50,352 bases of DNA, taken from NCBI GenBank assembly GCA_902796125.1, contig CADBNT010000003.1, forward strand, positions 1 to 50,352, given 5' to 3'. The translations under genes were made by a program, and so were the position numbers. The notes beneath the pieces were generated by a model, which searched no databases, was not told where the DNA came from, and was given only the letters and a program-made list of their open reading frames with translations. This document shows, in pieces, positions 18,191 through 28,403 of the stretch. Each line of letters opens with the position of its first letter. Positions within the stretch are counted from its first letter, which is position 1. The stretch comes from an uncultured Erysipelotrichaceae bacterium. GTDB lineage: Bacteria > Bacillota_I > Bacilli_A > RFN20 > CAG-826.

Positions 18191-19120
18191 ATGTCGATAT
18201 TAAAACTCCCTTTAAGCTTTGCGAAAAGAAACATGGCGAAAGGTGAAAAGAAATTTAATAATTCCCATCGAAGCTATGGAAACTATAACGTAAAAAAAGA
18301 TCTTTCGTATGTCGATGATGGTTTAAGAGAACATAAGTTGGATATTTATACCCCAGTCAAAGATTGGAACGGAATAACCATCTTAACTATTCATGGTGGG
18401 GGCTACGTTCATGGTTGGAAAGACACAAACTCAGTTTTTATTTCTTGGTTTGTTAATAAAGGCTTTTCTGTTGTATCGATGAATTATCGCTTAGCAAGCC
18501 AATTTGATGACGTTGCATTTCCGGATCAAGTTAGAGATGTTATTGCTGTTTTAAAGTTTATCGAACATAACTGGAAATATTATGGAATAAGCAAAGATAA
18601 ATTATGCATCATGGGAGATTCTTCGGGTGGGCATCTTTCACTCATAACTGATATAGTCTTCCACGATAAAGAAGCACAAGATTTCTATAAAATAGAAAAA
18701 TTGCCAAACGTCAAGATAAATGCAGTTGCCTTAAACTCTCCGATGTATGACTACGCAGAAGTTGTGAAATTAGGTCAAAAACTATTAACCAAAAAGTCAT
18801 GTAGAGACCTTTTCTCAAAGAACTATTTAGACCAAGAATACGTAAAACTAAATAATCCAAAATATTACCTTCATAAGAAGATTCCTCTTGAGCCATTGTT
18901 TGCTAATTCAGCAGCGAAGGATTTCTTTAATAATCAGACTCGTTTGCTTAAAAAAGATTGTGACAAACTCGGTTATAGTCTTGAATACATTTTTGAGCTT
19001 GTAGCAGATAAAAGAGTAGGCCATGTATACAATCACTTTATTCTCGATGACGAAGAAGGAATTAGATGCAATGAAGCAATGGTTAATTTCTTCATAAAAA
19101 ATGTGAATGTTGATAAATAA
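18191..19120 (+). CDS. Alpha/beta hydrolase, hormone-sensitive-lipase-like esterase
   Basis: LDIY.P, IHGGGY, NYRLA, GDSSGG, late His (GHVY). Start reassigned to ATG 18191. Confidence 0.88.
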   Translation: MSILKLPLSFAKRNMAKGEKKFNNSHRSYGNYNVKKDLSYVDDGLREHKLDIYTPVKDWNGITILTIHGGGYVHGWKDTNSVFISWFVNKGFSVVSMNYRLASQFDDVAFPDQVRDVIAVLKFIEHNWKYYGISKDKLCIMGDSSGGHLSLITDIVFHDKEAQDFYKIEKLPNVKINAVALNSPMYDYAEVVKLGQKLLTKKSCRDLFSKNYLDQEYVKLNNPKYYLHKKIPLEPLFANSAAKDFFNNQTRLLKKDCDKLGYSLEYIFELVADKRVGHVYNHFILDDEEGIRCNEAMVNFFIKNVNVDK

Positions 19121-19138
19121 TTATCAATTTAATAGAAT
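19110..19138 (+). promoter_or_regulatory. Promoter of the polyamine operon with 7-4-7 palindrome over the -35
   Basis: TTGATA-N17-TAGAAT; TTGATAA-ATAA-TTATCAA at 19110-19127. Confidence 0.65.
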
Positions 19139-19147
19139 TATTTGCAT

Positions 19148-21775
19148 ATGAAAAAGCTAGATCAGAGTAAAACACCATATTTAGACGCACTAAAGAAATA
19201 TGTAAGTGCTGATGTACTTCCTTTGGACGTTCCAGGACACCATATGGGAAACGTCTCTAATAAGTTAAAAACATTTCTTGGAAGTCAAACATATAGATGT
19301 GATATCAATGCTCCAATTGGAATGGATAACTTAGCAAACCCATCAGCGGTTTTAAAACAAGCCGAAGATTTATTTGCTAATTTTGCCCATGCGAATCACA
19401 GTTTCTTTTTAATTAATGGCACATCAAGCGGAATCCTCGCTATGATTATGACTGTATGTAAAGCTAATGATAGAATCATTCTTCCACGTAACGTCCATAA
19501 ATCAATTATTAGTGCTTTAATTCTTTCAGGTGCATCGCCTGTGTACATCATGCCTCGCATCGATAGCGCGCTTGAAATCGCAAACCAACCATCTGTGGAT
19601 GATTATGTTAAAGCAATGCAAAAATATCCTACTGCTAAAGCAGTGTTTGTAATTAACCCTACTTATTTTGGTGCTGTCGCTGATTTAAAACGCATTGTTA
19701 AAGAAGCTCACGCTAGAGGAATGAAAGTTCTTGTTGATGAGGCTCATGGTGCGCATTACTACTTCGATAGACAAGGTCCTGTTTCTGCAATGGATGCAGG
19801 AGCAGATATGGCTGCTGTTAGTTTTCACAAAACAGGCGGAAGCCTAACTCAATCTAGCGTTCTTTTACTTAAATCTAACGACATTGATCCAGCTATTGTT
19901 CAAAAGACACTCAATATTATTAACACAACATCTCCATCAACACTTTTAATGGCGTCAATTGATGCAGCACGACAATATGTTGCAACGAAAGGTGCCGAAA
20001 ACATGGCAAGAGTTCATGCTCTTTCCAAATATGTTCGCGATGAGATTGCTAAAATCAAAGGATTTAAGCCATGTAATAAAAGTCATTTCCTTAGTAGAGG
20101 ATGCTTTGACTATGATGATACAAAATTAGTTATTCAACTAGAGCATCTAGATATCAATGGTTTTGATTTATATCATCTCTTAAAAGATCAATACAATATT
20201 CAGATGGAGCTTGCTGAAACATATGTTGTAATGGGAATTTTAGCCATTGGTTCTAGCAAAGCTCAAATGGTTAGACTTGTTAAAGCGTTAAAGGATGTTT
20301 CAAAGAAACACTATAACAAGAAATATGATTATCAACACCATGCTTTTGGTGTCGACTTCCCATTCCAAATTGTACGCCCACGTTCTGCGTATCATGCGCC
20401 AGGAATTAAGCTTCCAATTAGCAAAGCTATCAATACAATTTCTAAAGAATCAATTATGATTTATCCACCTGGAATCCCATTAATTGTTCCAGGAGAAGTT
20501 TTCACTAAAGAACTCGTCGATAGAATAAAAGAATATAAGAAGTTAGGTGTAACCATTTTAAGTGACTATGGTGCTGATGTTATCAATGCCATCGATGTCG
20601 AAAAATGGCCATATTACCACGTTTATAAAAACAAACTTAACGACTATCTTGAAAAGAGACTTACCACACCTCGTGGTGACGATTATGAAATGCCATTTGA
20701 AGGTGGTAAACACAGTGGCACAATTGTTCTTCTTCCATATCGTAAAGATACTTGGAGAAAGAATGCTGAACCAGCCATTAAGAACTATAAAGAAGTCATT
20801 ACAGCTATTGCGAAATATGAGCCTGTTTATGTTGGAATTTCACCAAGAATTTATGACAAAGTCATAAATAGATTTTCAAATATTAAGAATGTTTATCCAA
20901 TAAAGATTAAATACAATGACGCCTGGGCAAGAGATAATTCTCCTATCTTTGTTACAAACGGTAACAAGATGAGAATAGTTGATTTTAGATTCAATGCCTG
21001 GGGTGGCGAAGTCGATGGACTTTATTCTAACTACAAGGATGATGATTTATTAACCAAAAACCTCGCCAAGAAGTTTGGTGTCGAACGTTATTATCTTGAT
21101 GATTTCATCCTTGAAGGCGGAAGTATCCATGTCGATGGAGAAAAGACCTGTTTAGTCACAAAAGCCTGTCTTTTATCCAAAGGTAGAAACCCACTTTTAA
21201 GCCAACTTGAAATCGAAGAAACATTGAAGATTTACTTAGGTGTTAGTAAGGTTATTTGGCTTGATCATGGTATTTATGAAGATGAAACAAATGAGCATAT
21301 CGATAATATGGCATGTTTCATTAGACCTGGAGTTATCGCTTTAGCATGGACCACCGATAGAAGTGATCCTCAATACGCTTATTCAAAAGCAGCATATGAT
21401 GTGCTTAAGAATTCAACTGACGCTATGGGCCGTAAGTTTGAAATCGTTAAGATTAAGCTTCCAAAGCCACTTTATATGTCAAAGAGTGAGGCTAAAGGAA
21501 TTAAGAATAGTAGATATGACGCCAAGCCAAGAACCGAAGGTTCTAGACTTGCTGCCTCATATATCAACTTTTACCAAGGCGAAAAATTCGTTATTCTTCC
21601 AGCCTTTGGAGTTCCTGAAGATGCTCTTGCTAAAAAACAACTTCAAAAACTCTATCCAGAAAAAGACATTATCCAAATCGAATCTAAAGAAATATTGCTC
21701 GGCGGTGGAAACATTCACTGTATCACTATGCAAATTCCATATAATGAGGAGTTTATAAAGAAAAATGAAAATTAA
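19148..21775 (+). CDS. Fusion: PLP fold-type-I arginine (Orn/Lys/Arg) decarboxylase + agmatine deiminase
   Basis: N-half VPGH, NGTS, RNVHKS, VDEAHG, SFHK, TTSPS, YPPGIP; C-half from about codon 506 DAWARD, FNAWGG, LEGGSIHVDG, DET..HID, ASYINF, GGGNIHCIT. Arginine specificity inferred from context. Confidence 0.92.
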   Translation: MKKLDQSKTPYLDALKKYVSADVLPLDVPGHHMGNVSNKLKTFLGSQTYRCDINAPIGMDNLANPSAVLKQAEDLFANFAHANHSFFLINGTSSGILAMIMTVCKANDRIILPRNVHKSIISALILSGASPVYIMPRIDSALEIANQPSVDDYVKAMQKYPTAKAVFVINPTYFGAVADLKRIVKEAHARGMKVLVDEAHGAHYYFDRQGPVSAMDAGADMAAVSFHKTGGSLTQSSVLLLKSNDIDPAIVQKTLNIINTTSPSTLLMASIDAARQYVATKGAENMARVHALSKYVRDEIAKIKGFKPCNKSHFLSRGCFDYDDTKLVIQLEHLDINGFDLYHLLKDQYNIQMELAETYVVMGILAIGSSKAQMVRLVKALKDVSKKHYNKKYDYQHHAFGVDFPFQIVRPRSAYHAPGIKLPISKAINTISKESIMIYPPGIPLIVPGEVFTKELVDRIKEYKKLGVTILSDYGADVINAIDVEKWPYYHVYKNKLNDYLEKRLTTPRGDDYEMPFEGGKHSGTIVLLPYRKDTWRKNAEPAIKNYKEVITAIAKYEPVYVGISPRIYDKVINRFSNIKNVYPIKIKYNDAWARDNSPIFVTNGNKMRIVDFRFNAWGGEVDGLYSNYKDDDLLTKNLAKKFGVERYYLDDFILEGGSIHVDGEKTCLVTKACLLSKGRNPLLSQLEIEETLKIYLGVSKVIWLDHGIYEDETNEHIDNMACFIRPGVIALAWTTDRSDPQYAYSKAAYDVLKNSTDAMGRKFEIVKIKLPKPLYMSKSEAKGIKNSRYDAKPRTEGSRLAASYINFYQGEKFVILPAFGVPEDALAKKQLQKLYPEKDIIQIESKEILLGGGNIHCITMQIPYNEEFIKKNEN

Positions 21776-22622
21776 AGTTGCTATCACTCAAATGAGTTGC
21801 TCATCAAACTACGATGAGAACATTTCTAAAGCAGAAAAATTAGTTGAAGAAGCTGCTAAAAAAGGCGCAAATATCATACTTTTGCAGGAATTATTCTCAA
21901 ATTTATACTTCTGCCAAGTTGAAGATTATGATAAATTTGCCCTTGCAGAAGAAAGAGAAAAATCGCCTCTTATCAAACACTTAAAAGCTGTTGCAAAGAA
22001 ATATGGTGTTGTTCTTCCTATTTCCTTTTTTGAGAAATCTGGAACCAACTATTTTAATTCTTTAGTGATGATTGATGCTGATGGAAAAGATCTCGGCTTA
22101 TATAGAAAGACTCATATTCCAACAGGCCAATGTTATGAAGAAAAATTCTACTTCTCTCCAGGTGATACTGGCTTTAAAGTTTTTAAGACAAAATTTGGTA
22201 GAGTAGGCATCGGAATTTGCTGGGATCAATGGTTCCCTGAAACAGCAAGAATTTTAGCACTTGAAGGTGCAGAAATTATTCTTTATCCAACCGCCATTGG
22301 AAGTGAGCCTGTTTTAGTCAGAGACTCAATGCCACACTGGAGAAATACGATGTGCGGTCATGCGGCTGCAAACATTATTCCTGTCTGTGCTTCCAACAGA
22401 GTTGGAAAAGAAGTAGCTGGTGACTCATCAATGGTCTTCCAAGGCTATTCTTTTATCGCTAACCAATATGGTGAAGTCGTTGAAGAAATGGACCGTAAAG
22501 AAGAAGGTGTGAAAGTTCACGAATTCGACCTAGAAGAAATCGATAAAGAAAGAGTATCTTGGGGTGTGTTTAGAGATAGACGTCCTGAGTGCTATGGAAA
22601 GATAAAAAAGTATTCAAAATAA
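21765..22622 (+). CDS. aguB: N-carbamoylputrescine amidase
   Basis: Nitrilase fold: LQELF, YRKTHIP..CYEEKFYFSPGD, GICWDQWFPE, YPTAIGSEP, FRDRRP. Confidence 0.95.
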   Translation: MKIKVAITQMSCSSNYDENISKAEKLVEEAAKKGANIILLQELFSNLYFCQVEDYDKFALAEEREKSPLIKHLKAVAKKYGVVLPISFFEKSGTNYFNSLVMIDADGKDLGLYRKTHIPTGQCYEEKFYFSPGDTGFKVFKTKFGRVGIGICWDQWFPETARILALEGAEIILYPTAIGSEPVLVRDSMPHWRNTMCGHAAANIIPVCASNRVGKEVAGDSSMVFQGYSFIANQYGEVVEEMDRKEEGVKVHEFDLEEIDKERVSWGVFRDRRPECYGKIKKYSK

Positions 22623-23540
22623 ATGAATAAAAACGATAAGAAAAAAGATATTAATCGTGGAAAGGTAAACCCTAATTCCATCAAAGAATTTAAGGTTAAG
22701 GAGGAGTGCGAACTTCTCCCTTTTCTAATTGAGAAATATCCTCATCTTTCTCGTAACAACGTAAAGTCACTTTTAAGCAACCATCAAGTCGCTGTTGATG
22801 GCGCTCCTGTAAGTCAGTTTAATTTGAAACTAGTGAAGGATGATATCGTTATTGTTTCGAAGTTTAGAATTGCTAAAAAACATCGTCAAAACCTCCCTAT
22901 TTTATTCGAAAATGACGATTTAATCGTTATCAATAAACCTAGTGGGTTGCTCTCTGTTGCAAGCGATACTGAAAAAGGTAGAACCGCTTATCGAATGGTT
23001 ACTGATTATGTTCAACAAAAAGATAAGCACAACCGCATTTATGTTGTTCATAGGTTGGATGAAGACACATCTGGTGTCCTTGTGTTCGCCAAAAATCCAA
23101 AGCTTCAAAAAGAGCTTCAAAACAATTGGTCTGATATTGTTAAGTCTCGTGGCTATTATGCAATTGTTGAAGGCAAGATGAACAAAAAGGAAGATACCCT
23201 TGTGAATTATCTTAAGGAAAACGCATTGAATTTAATGTATGTTTCAAATGATAAAGTAAATGGTAAAAAGTGTATAACTCATTACAAAGTAATGAAAGAT
23301 AATGAAAACTACTCATTATTAGATGTGAATATTGATACTGGTAGAAAGAATCAAATTCGTGTTCAACTTGGCTATTTAGGACATCATGTTATTGGTGATG
23401 ATAAATATGGTGAACCATCTGATCCATTAAAAAGACTTGGACTTCATGCTTACGAATTAATCTTTGTGAATCCAATTAGCAAGAAAGTTTATAAGTTTAT
23501 AGCTCCAATGCCTGAAGAATTTAAAAAATTATTCAATTAA
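22623..23540 (+). CDS. RluA/RluD-family pseudouridine synthase with S4-like N-terminus
   Basis: INKPSGL, VHRLDEDTSG, TGRKNQIRV, GDDKYG, LHA..L.F. Confidence 0.93.
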   Translation: MNKNDKKKDINRGKVNPNSIKEFKVKEECELLPFLIEKYPHLSRNNVKSLLSNHQVAVDGAPVSQFNLKLVKDDIVIVSKFRIAKKHRQNLPILFENDDLIVINKPSGLLSVASDTEKGRTAYRMVTDYVQQKDKHNRIYVVHRLDEDTSGVLVFAKNPKLQKELQNNWSDIVKSRGYYAIVEGKMNKKEDTLVNYLKENALNLMYVSNDKVNGKKCITHYKVMKDNENYSLLDVNIDTGRKNQIRVQLGYLGHHVIGDDKYGEPSDPLKRLGLHAYELIFVNPISKKVYKFIAPMPEEFKKLFN

Positions 23541-23558
23541 TTCCAATACTCGATAAAT

Positions 23559-23587
23559 ACGGATGAGCGAGTGCCCATCCGTTTTTT
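23559..23587 (+). terminator. Intrinsic terminator
   Basis: ACGGATGAGC-GAGT-GCCCATCCGT-TTTTT. Confidence 0.85.
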
Positions 23588-23623
23588 ATCGTTTATCAAC
23601 AAAGTTGTGTTAAAATAAATGAC

Positions 23624-26600
23624 ATGGAAATGAGTGTTGCTGAAAAGCATCAAGTCAAAACTAAACTAAGAAGCATGTTTAGCTTCATATTTGATAGGAA
23701 TTCATTTTTCTATTATGTACTTTTATTAATTGTTGTTGGTTTTGCTTTCTTTACCTACGCCTTATTTACTGAACACTTTACTACTCCATTCAGTGGAGAT
23801 TATTCTCAACAAGCATATCCTTTTTACTATAACTTCTATGACGATTGGTGGACTTTCTTTAAGACTGGTAAGTTCCCATTTTATGATTCAAATACATTTA
23901 TTGGTGCAGATAACGTCTTTGCTAACACCTATTACGGACTCTTCTCACCTTTCACTTTTCCTATTTTGTTCTTTCCAAGAAGCTTCATTCCTCAAGCAAT
24001 GGCTCTTCTTAGTATTGCTAAATTAGTTACTGGTGGACTTTTGTTTCGCGTTTATTTGAAATATATGGGCTGCAAAGAGACAACGGCTCGTATCTTCTCT
24101 ATCGCGTATGCTTTTACCGGCTGGATGGCATATTATTTATGGTTTAACACCTTCTATGAAGTTCTTTCCTTCTTCCCGTTAGTCATTTTTGGCATAGAAA
24201 AGGTTGTTAGAGAAAGAAAGATTTGGGCTGTTAGCCTTGGATTCTTCTTAATTGGAATAGGAAACTATTTCTTCCTTTTAACAATAGGAATTTTTGGCGT
24301 TATTTATGCTGGATTTAGATTTTTCCAAACACTAAAAGATAGAAAATTAAAAGATCATTTTATCGTAATTGGATTAGGAATTGCAGGGTTTTTATTAGGG
24401 TTCATGTTGTGCTCTATTGTAGTAGCACCTGCACTTTTTTCGTCGTTTGGAATTGATAGATCGACTAGTGGAAAATATTGGTCAACTCTTAAGGAAGCTA
24501 TTGGTGAACATAACTGGTTTATGGTTTTGAAAATCATGTTCACTTATTGGCACCCATCAATCGCTAACTGGGGTTATGATCCAACTCGATATTACTTTTC
24601 TTATGGCTTCCCATTAGCATCTTATTTCTTCCCAACCGTTTCAGGAAGATATGTTAACCTCATTCATTACACTGAATTTGAAAACTCTGGAAGCTCATTA
24701 TTCTATTTCACGCCTTGTATCATTCTTCTTTTCGCTTCGTTATTTAGATCGATTAAAAATGGTAAAGTTTCTCACTTTATTGCTCTAGCAATAGTGCTTG
24801 TTTGTTTATTTTGTCCATTCGTTTATTTTTTAATAGGCGCTTTCTCAAACTGCTATGGGCGTTGGGAAATTGTTGTTCCTGTTATTGGTTTAACTTATAT
24901 AGCGCTTAATTTCGATCATAGAGATGAGATGTCTAGACGCTCAATCATTGTTTCAGGCATTTTTGCTTTTGCATGTATGATTGGAGTTTTCTTCCTTGCT
25001 AAATACATGATTAGCGTTTTCGGTAAGAAAAACGACACATCGACTCTTCCTTATATTGATGAATTTGGCGATGTTTGGGGTGTTGTAATATACGAACTTG
25101 TTTTAGTTATTCTTGAAACCTTCCTATTAGGAAAATTCTGGAAGAAATCATTCTTGCCGCTTATTGTTAATTGCTTAATTATTATTGAAGCTATTGTTAT
25201 GGGCAACATGGTTGCTAATATGCATTTCTTACAAAGCATTGAAACAAGTATCAATGGTGGAGAATCTCAATTTGCGACTGAAGTAGCAATTATTCAAGGT
25301 ATTAATAATCAGGATAAGAGTTTCTTTAGAATTCAAAATCCAAGCGTTGATGAATATCATCCAAATCTTCCAAACGCAGAAGGATATAACGGAATCTCTA
25401 CATTCCACACCTTCTATAACAACGAAGTCGATGATTTTGTTCATATGACGCAAATAACAAACCACGATACATCATGGTCTGGCCTCGCATATGGAAAACA
25501 CGCGAATTTAGACGCGTTTTTAGGTGTTAAGTATTATTTAACCCAAGACATGGATACAACCTACTACATCAACTATTCTGACGGTCATAGAGAAACATAC
25601 GTATTTCCTGCGAACGTTCCAATGAACTATGAGTATCAAGAAGAGTTAAGTGGTAGTGGTTACCGCGTATGGAAAAACAAATATCAAATTAATTTTGGAA
25701 CATCTTATGATGTCTTGTATTACAAGCACAGAAATGAAAATAATCCTAAATTTAATGATTTCTATAGAAGCTCATATCTTTATTCTGATTTCGTTAGGAA
25801 CGAAGAAGCTTTATTCTCTGGTGCTATTTTAAATGACTCAGATTTAGAAGAAGTTATTAATAACTATCCTGGAGTGTTTACTGCTAAAACCGCTCCTGCT
25901 AGAGAGGCTAGAGATATTGGAGTTGCTCTACAAGGTATTTATGGAATTCATGAAGAAAACTGTTGGTTTGATCCATTTAATCCAATGCAATATATTGACT
26001 CTGAGCATCTAATCAATCCTAGTGAAAGCGAATTACCAGTTAACAAGTATCAATTAGTCTATAAACCAACTGCGCTTGATTCGTTTGAAATTGGCGCGAC
26101 TGGTGGCTATTACATGTTTGATTATCCAACTAGACAAACTTGGGGTGAAGATTACTCTGCTGCCGTGTTCCTAATTGGAATGGATGACAAAGTCATCAAA
26201 TTTGATGATTTACAAAATGGTGCAAATTCAAATGCAACTGGGCATATCATTCGTGGCTTATATTCAGACGTTAAGATTAAACGAATAATCGTTATACCTC
26301 TTTCTAGTGCTTACTATAAACAATTACCAGCCCTTTATTATGAAGACTGGGGCGATGTCACTGATAGGTTCCAAAACGCTATTGATAATGGTTTAAGCGA
26401 TGTCACATATTCTGTTAATGATTTCACATTCAAAACTAATTATGAGAAAGAAAGATTTGTTATTACTCAAGTAGCGTATACGCAAGGCTGGAAAGTAAAC
26501 GCCATAAATACCCAAGGCGTTAAAACGCAACTAAAAACATATAATGCCCAAGGTGGATTTGTAGGATTTGTTGCACCAAAAGGTGAATATAGATATGAAA

Positions 26601-26734
26601 TGAGTTATATGACCCCAAATCTTGAAAAATGGTTTGCAGTCTCAGTCGCAGGTCTTACAGGAGTGGTAGTTTTTACTGCACTTCCATTCGTGCTTAAGAA
26701 GATAAAAAAAGATTCCAAGAAGGAATCTAAATAA
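23624..26734 (+). CDS. YfhO-family (GT-C-like) polytopic membrane protein
   Basis: GD...Q..PFY, YYGLFSPF, many TMs, FFRI, LGVKYY, Y..GWK, NAQGGFVG, Y.TP, terminal TM. Confidence 0.85.
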   Translation: MEMSVAEKHQVKTKLRSMFSFIFDRNSFFYYVLLLIVVGFAFFTYALFTEHFTTPFSGDYSQQAYPFYYNFYDDWWTFFKTGKFPFYDSNTFIGADNVFANTYYGLFSPFTFPILFFPRSFIPQAMALLSIAKLVTGGLLFRVYLKYMGCKETTARIFSIAYAFTGWMAYYLWFNTFYEVLSFFPLVIFGIEKVVRERKIWAVSLGFFLIGIGNYFFLLTIGIFGVIYAGFRFFQTLKDRKLKDHFIVIGLGIAGFLLGFMLCSIVVAPALFSSFGIDRSTSGKYWSTLKEAIGEHNWFMVLKIMFTYWHPSIANWGYDPTRYYFSYGFPLASYFFPTVSGRYVNLIHYTEFENSGSSLFYFTPCIILLFASLFRSIKNGKVSHFIALAIVLVCLFCPFVYFLIGAFSNCYGRWEIVVPVIGLTYIALNFDHRDEMSRRSIIVSGIFAFACMIGVFFLAKYMISVFGKKNDTSTLPYIDEFGDVWGVVIYELVLVILETFLLGKFWKKSFLPLIVNCLIIIEAIVMGNMVANMHFLQSIETSINGGESQFATEVAIIQGINNQDKSFFRIQNPSVDEYHPNLPNAEGYNGISTFHTFYNNEVDDFVHMTQITNHDTSWSGLAYGKHANLDAFLGVKYYLTQDMDTTYYINYSDGHRETYVFPANVPMNYEYQEELSGSGYRVWKNKYQINFGTSYDVLYYKHRNENNPKFNDFYRSSYLYSDFVRNEEALFSGAILNDSDLEEVINNYPGVFTAKTAPAREARDIGVALQGIYGIHEENCWFDPFNPMQYIDSEHLINPSESELPVNKYQLVYKPTALDSFEIGATGGYYMFDYPTRQTWGEDYSAAVFLIGMDDKVIKFDDLQNGANSNATGHIIRGLYSDVKIKRIIVIPLSSAYYKQLPALYYEDWGDVTDRFQNAIDNGLSDVTYSVNDFTFKTNYEKERFVITQVAYTQGWKVNAINTQGVKTQLKTYNAQGGFVGFVAPKGEYRYEMSYMTPNLEKWFAVSVAGLTGVVVFTALPFVLKKIKKDSKKESK

Positions 26735-26739
26735 ATTTA

Positions 26740-27588
26740 TTAATTTACGTGGAATATCTTATAGATATAGTTTTTGTTTATTCGCGTAATTTCAGATACT
26801 TGTTTAATAGCATCTTTAGTTGATAATCCAGATTCAACTAGGTTTTCAACCATAGAGATTATTTCGTCATTGTTAACGTTAGGTTTTAGCTCTCCTAATG
26901 AACCTTCCACAACGATAACCATTTCCCCTTTTAGCGTCTCAGGATCGATTTCAGATAATTCTTTTAATCCGGCACGGATATATTCTTCATGTTTCTTGGT
27001 AAGTTCTCTGGCGATGCAAGCCTTTCTGTCACCAAGAATGGTAAACATATCAATGAGTGTTTTTTGAATACGATGAGGTGACTCATAAAAGATTAATGTT
27101 TCTTTTCTTTTAAAGAGTTCTCTAAGCTCTTCTAGTCTTACTGATTCTTTAGCATTTAAAAAGCCGTGAAAATAGAAATGATCACTTGCGAGACCAGAAG
27201 CCACTAAAGCATTCAAAGCAGCATTTGGTCCCGAAATTGCAGAGATATTTATATTATTTTCTAAGCAAACTTTCGCTAATCTTGCTCCTGGATCGGAGAT
27301 GCATGGATAGCCAGCGTCAGAGACATAAGCAACACTTTTTCCTTCTAATAAAGCCTTAACAACTTTATCGGAAGCTTCCATCTCGTTATGCTCTCTAAGG
27401 GAGATTAAAGGTTTTGAAATATCGAAGAAACTTAAAAGCTTTCCTGTGTTTCTTGTATCTTCACATGCAATTAAATCAGCATTAGAAAGAACCTCGATTG
27501 CTCTTGGTGTCATTTCGTCAAGATTTCCAATCGGAGTGGCGACAAGATATAACAATGGTTTTTTGCTTTCGAAATTTAAAGATCTCAT
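26740..27588 (-). CDS. rsmI: 16S rRNA C1402 2'-O-methyltransferase
   Basis: LYLVATPIGNL, ACEDTR, VSDAG.P.ISDPG, FYESPHR, RELTKKHEE. Confidence 0.97.
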   Translation of the reverse strand: MRSLNFESKKPLLYLVATPIGNLDEMTPRAIEVLSNADLIACEDTRNTGKLLSFFDISKPLISLREHNEMEASDKVVKALLEGKSVAYVSDAGYPCISDPGARLAKVCLENNINISAISGPNAALNALVASGLASDHFYFHGFLNAKESVRLEELRELFKRKETLIFYESPHRIQKTLIDMFTILGDRKACIARELTKKHEEYIRAGLKELSEIDPETLKGEMVIVVEGSLGELKPNVNNDEIISMVENLVESGLSTKDAIKQVSEITRINKNYIYKIFHVN

Positions 27589-28403
27589 TTTCTAAATTTG
27601 CTTCTATATTCTTTTAAGTCTTTTAAATCGATGAATCGGACATCGTCTTCTGATTCAAGTTTAACAACTCTAGATAAGACATTAATAGCAGTGACCTTAA
27701 ATGACACGCCATCTTGCTCGAATTGATCACCAATTCTTGGGAAGTCTTTCTTTAGTTCGGTATAGGCATCATCTTCATAAAGAAGACAACAAATTAACTT
27801 GCCACAGTGACCACTTAATTTTGGAATATTTAATGAAAGCATTTGGTTCTTTGCTCTATTAATAGAGATACCTTCAGAATTAACTAAAAATGTTGAGCAA
27901 CAAAGTGGAAGACCACATATTCCAATTCCACCTACGAACTTGGCTTTATCACGTGGTCCAATTTGACGTAATTCAATACGGCAGTGGAAACGATAAGCAA
28001 GAACCTTTAATAGTTCACGGAAGTCAACGCGATCATCAGCAACATACGCAATGGTGAGTTTAGTGCCATCAAGAGCATATTCGGCATCAATTGGTCTCAT
28101 CTCTAAACCGAGATTGTTAATCTCAGTCATCGCAATGCGCATTGCTTCTTTAGCTCTTTTAATGTTCTCATCATAGATGAGTAAATCGTCTTCTGTTGCA
28201 ATTCTGATAACCGGTTTTAATTCTAGTTCGGATTTGTATTTAGAAATTGGTTCTGGAATAGTGGTGGCTTCACCAACTTGCATTCCACGGACAGATTCAG
28301 CGACGACCTTTTGGCCGATTTTTATATCAGGAACATCTGTTCCAAAATAATATGATTTTCCGGAGTTAGAAAATTTAATTCCAACATAATGAGTAATATT
28401 CAT
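27585..28403 (-). CDS. ricT: RicT/YaaT (PSP1 domain) Fe-S protein
   Basis: RVDFRELL, RIELRQIG.RD, GGIG.CG..LCC, SG.CGKL.CCL.YE. Confidence 0.93.
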   Translation of the reverse strand: MNITHYVGIKFSNSGKSYYFGTDVPDIKIGQKVVAESVRGMQVGEATTIPEPISKYKSELELKPVIRIATEDDLLIYDENIKRAKEAMRIAMTEINNLGLEMRPIDAEYALDGTKLTIAYVADDRVDFRELLKVLAYRFHCRIELRQIGPRDKAKFVGGIGICGLPLCCSTFLVNSEGISINRAKNQMLSLNIPKLSGHCGKLICCLLYEDDAYTELKKDFPRIGDQFEQDGVSFKVTAINVLSRVVKLESEDDVRFIDLKDLKEYRSKFRK

